Shown piece by piece: positions 61,643 to 64,000 of a DNA stretch of 64,000 bases. Below the pieces are notes generated by a model. That model did not search any database. It was not told the origin of the DNA and saw only the letters and a list, made by a program, of their open reading frames with translations. Numbering within the stretch: position 1 is the stretch's first letter; each line of letters starts with the position of its first letter. Source of the stretch: Veleropilina oligotropha (taxonomy: Eukaryota). A program made the position numbers and the translations under genes. Location: positions 62,001-126,000 of the forward strand of contig JBEUKZ010000041.1 in assembly GCA_048128005.1 (NCBI GenBank), written 5' to 3'.

Positions 61643-61891
61643 TGATATATTGTTCTGTAGTCTGGCATATATGTTCGGAGAACAACGCTAGGAGGTTACT
61701 GGTTTCCATCATTCGTGTCGTCTAGTGTTCTATAGAGTATCTACAGTTCGCTGGCTTTAAAGCCATTTCCAGCCAACTGTATACTCGTAACTCAAGTTTC
61801 TGTCTCTACTCAGTAGCCGGCTCGGGTCATTCCGACATCTAGGACCGTTGTGCTATCCATGACGGAATGCGGTGGTATAGGATAATATCCC

Positions 61892-62598
61892 TGTGACAAG
61901 ACACTATCCGCTGGAGTCGCTACTTTTACATCTCGCTACAGCATCACAAGGCATTTGTAAGTTCGGACAATTCATTTATATCTGTCCTCGACATAGTTCA
62001 AATTACATAGTATACTTCCATGTCGATACAATCAATAGTAGCGTAGATATAAGTTCTAACTAAACATATTTATATATGTACAAATGAGCCTCGCACAGTT
62101 ATACGTGCACCCTAGATGTTGACTAGGTAAAGACTGCCGCTGTCGGCCGCGCACAGGCACCAAACCCACTTCCCCGACCCTCGTCTCAACCAATCGGATC
62201 TCGTGCTTTTGGTTTCGCCCAGCTATTCTCGTACATTAAATCATCTGCAATACACGCATTTGACATGGAATGACGAATCGACCATCTGTCTCATAACCAC
62301 AGAATACGGGCGTCATTCCTTGTGAACTCGGAACTAAACATCATTAATCTCTTTCAGTTATATCAATATGTCAGAATTACGTGACGTCAACAGCTACTAT
62401 CAGGCAACTAGATGTCATTACAATATACACACAATTATCTTAGATCACAGGTCAAGATTAATCATTGCTGGCAGGATTGCTCGGTGCGATGTCATTAGTG
62501 CTTTGACTCATAGTAAAAACATATACGCAATAGTACAATAGTAATTAACTATAATAAAGATCTACTCATTAAGTGCATTTAGGCATCATATTGTAACA
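61892..62598 (-). mobile_element. 3' LTR of an env-bearing Gypsy element
   Basis: TGTGACA..TGTAACA inverted ends; purine-rich tract gggaggtc precedes TGTTACA on -. Confidence 0.7.
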
Positions 62599-63338
62599 GA
62601 CCTCCCATAATTAGAGGAATATTAATTCGATTAAGATTTCCAATTAGTCAGTCAATATTATCAATACTCAAAACACACTTCAACAATAATTAAAAACATA
62701 CACAATATAATAAAGCATGCACAATATACTCGTGCCCAATATGGCACCCTTATTAAATGTCTTAACATTTAAACACTTCAATTTAAAATTGAAGGATCGA
62801 CATCAGGCCCCTCGCCTGAGTCCTGCTTCCGAACTCGATCGCGCACGCAAAGATCATCCTCGCAAGGCTCTGCCATATTGTCCGGGTTACACACAATAAG
62901 ACGACTAAGCGGTAGTGCAATGTTCGCGATCACACTAGTAATCCATAGTCGTCGTTCGCACGAAGATCGAACCACCCGAGACGCTATAGGAACCTGTAAG
63001 AAAAGATCAAAGCAGCAATATCGTGTTCGTGAAATATCCGTAGATACTTCCCGTAAAGTGATGCTTCCAACAACACCAGTATATATTTGCTTAATTAATA
63101 CAATGCCACTTTAAGACATTAAAAGTTTATGTTAAATAAAGTTATACAGTCATGACAACAATAGTGCACTTTTACTTTACAAGTTACTTTCACTTCTAGT
63201 AACAAATACGCGTTTTACTTTTAACTTCTTATTCAAGGTTTTACGAAAACCACAGCTTCTCATTTAAGGTTTTACTAAAACCACAGTTTCTCAATTACTT
63301 CTTATGCAAGGTTTACCAAAACCACTGCTTCTCAATTA

Positions 63339-64000
63339 CTAAGTGTTCAGCCCTCCCGGCCGAAAAACATTTATCTTGTTTGCTAACACACGAGCCACTA
63401 TTGTATGATCAGGCGTTATCGACTCATTTACACCGAGTTCGATACTTTGCGGATTATTGGTTTCGTTGGTATCATGTGTTTCATTGGTTTCGTGTGTCTC
63501 GTCTGCCATTACACCTGACTTCATGCTTATTAAGTTTAAGGCCGCTGAATATCGCTTTTTACATCGTGCCCTACATCTATACATTATACATCCCATTACA
63601 ATTATTATTAGCAGGGTTCCAGTCCCCATCGAAACCGTATCCATAAATGTGAACGCTCCCGTGGAACTTATGTGCTGTATGCCTTTCAATTCAGAAATGA
63701 TACTTTCTAAAGGCACTGTTTTCATATCCACTAACTTTTTCGGAATTTCAAACTGCGTGATATTTGTAAACGCAACTTTGAATTTATGCCAAATGTGAAA
63801 CGCGCTCGTATTTCTCAACACTAACAGCTCTCTATACGAATCTTTAACCGTGAACTCTTCCTCTCGTTGGAAGTATGAGGATAACGTCATTTGTGAACTA
63901 TACGCAACACATTCTGGTTTTAAGCGTATTACATCAAGTGGGGATCGAATCACAAGGTCGCTGGTCTTTTCCTGTTTGTCTCTCTTACAAACCACCGAAA
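63339..64000 (-). CDS. C-terminal part of an envelope-like glycoprotein of an LTR retrotransposon; continues beyond the window
   Basis: Cys-containing ectodomain, N-glycosylation sequons (NTS, NIT), TM TLLIIIVMGCIMY, cytoplasmic tail; located upstream of PPT and 3' LTR. Confidence 0.7.
   Translation of the reverse strand, partial: SVVCKRDKQEKTSDLVIRSPLDVIRLKPECVAYSSQMTLSSYFQREEEFTVKDSYRELLVLRNTSAFHIWHKFKVAFTNITQFEIPKKLVDMKTVPLESIISELKGIQHISSTGAFTFMDTVSMGTGTLLIIIVMGCIMYRCRARCKKRYSAALNLISMKSGVMADETHETNETHDTNETNNPQSIELGVNESITPDHTIVARVLANKINVFRPGGLNT

Larger units (their letters stand above)
54852..61891. mobile_element. Polinton/adintovirus-like element B, left portion, nested in element A and interrupted on the right by a Gypsy LTR
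   Basis: Same terminus as A; replicase fusion, integrase and small membrane genes. Confidence 0.8.

Noticed and set aside
48702..61891. Bacterial or phage contamination
   Set aside because: Interrupts a host LTR, contains host-type MITE/SINE insertions, and the integrase and penton are Polinton-type

Overview
AT-rich animal (invertebrate-type) genomic DNA with spliceosomal introns, almost entirely filled with nested transposons. Host-like content: the 3' exons of a probable C-type lectin(EPN)-mucin-PAN/apple gene (2676-21264, +) and a 5'-truncated, intron-containing OB-fold/RPA-like gene (35775-38635, -) lying inside a large Helentron-associated (HINE-like) nest. Transposons include a near-intact CR1/L2-group LINE, several LINE/SINE fragments, many MITEs, two head-to-head degraded Crypton-like tyrosine-recombinase elements (25.4-31.1 kb), a degenerate Gypsy element and the 3' end of an env-bearing Gypsy element. 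The most notable region is ~48.7-61.9 kb: a GC-richer, intronless, gene-dense endogenous Polinton/adintovirus-like region made of two related elements, each starting with the same AGCAGCAG-G-run ~190-bp terminus, one apparently inserted in the other. It encodes a penton-like capsid protein, several membrane proteins (one with adjacent PSAP and YPxL motifs), a secreted Cys-rich cargo protein, an rve integrase and a ~1300-aa replicase fusion (OTU-like domain, PolB core with no recognisable exonuclease, SF1B helicase, C-terminal HNH-like nuclease). All calls come from motif reading by eye; no database search was run.
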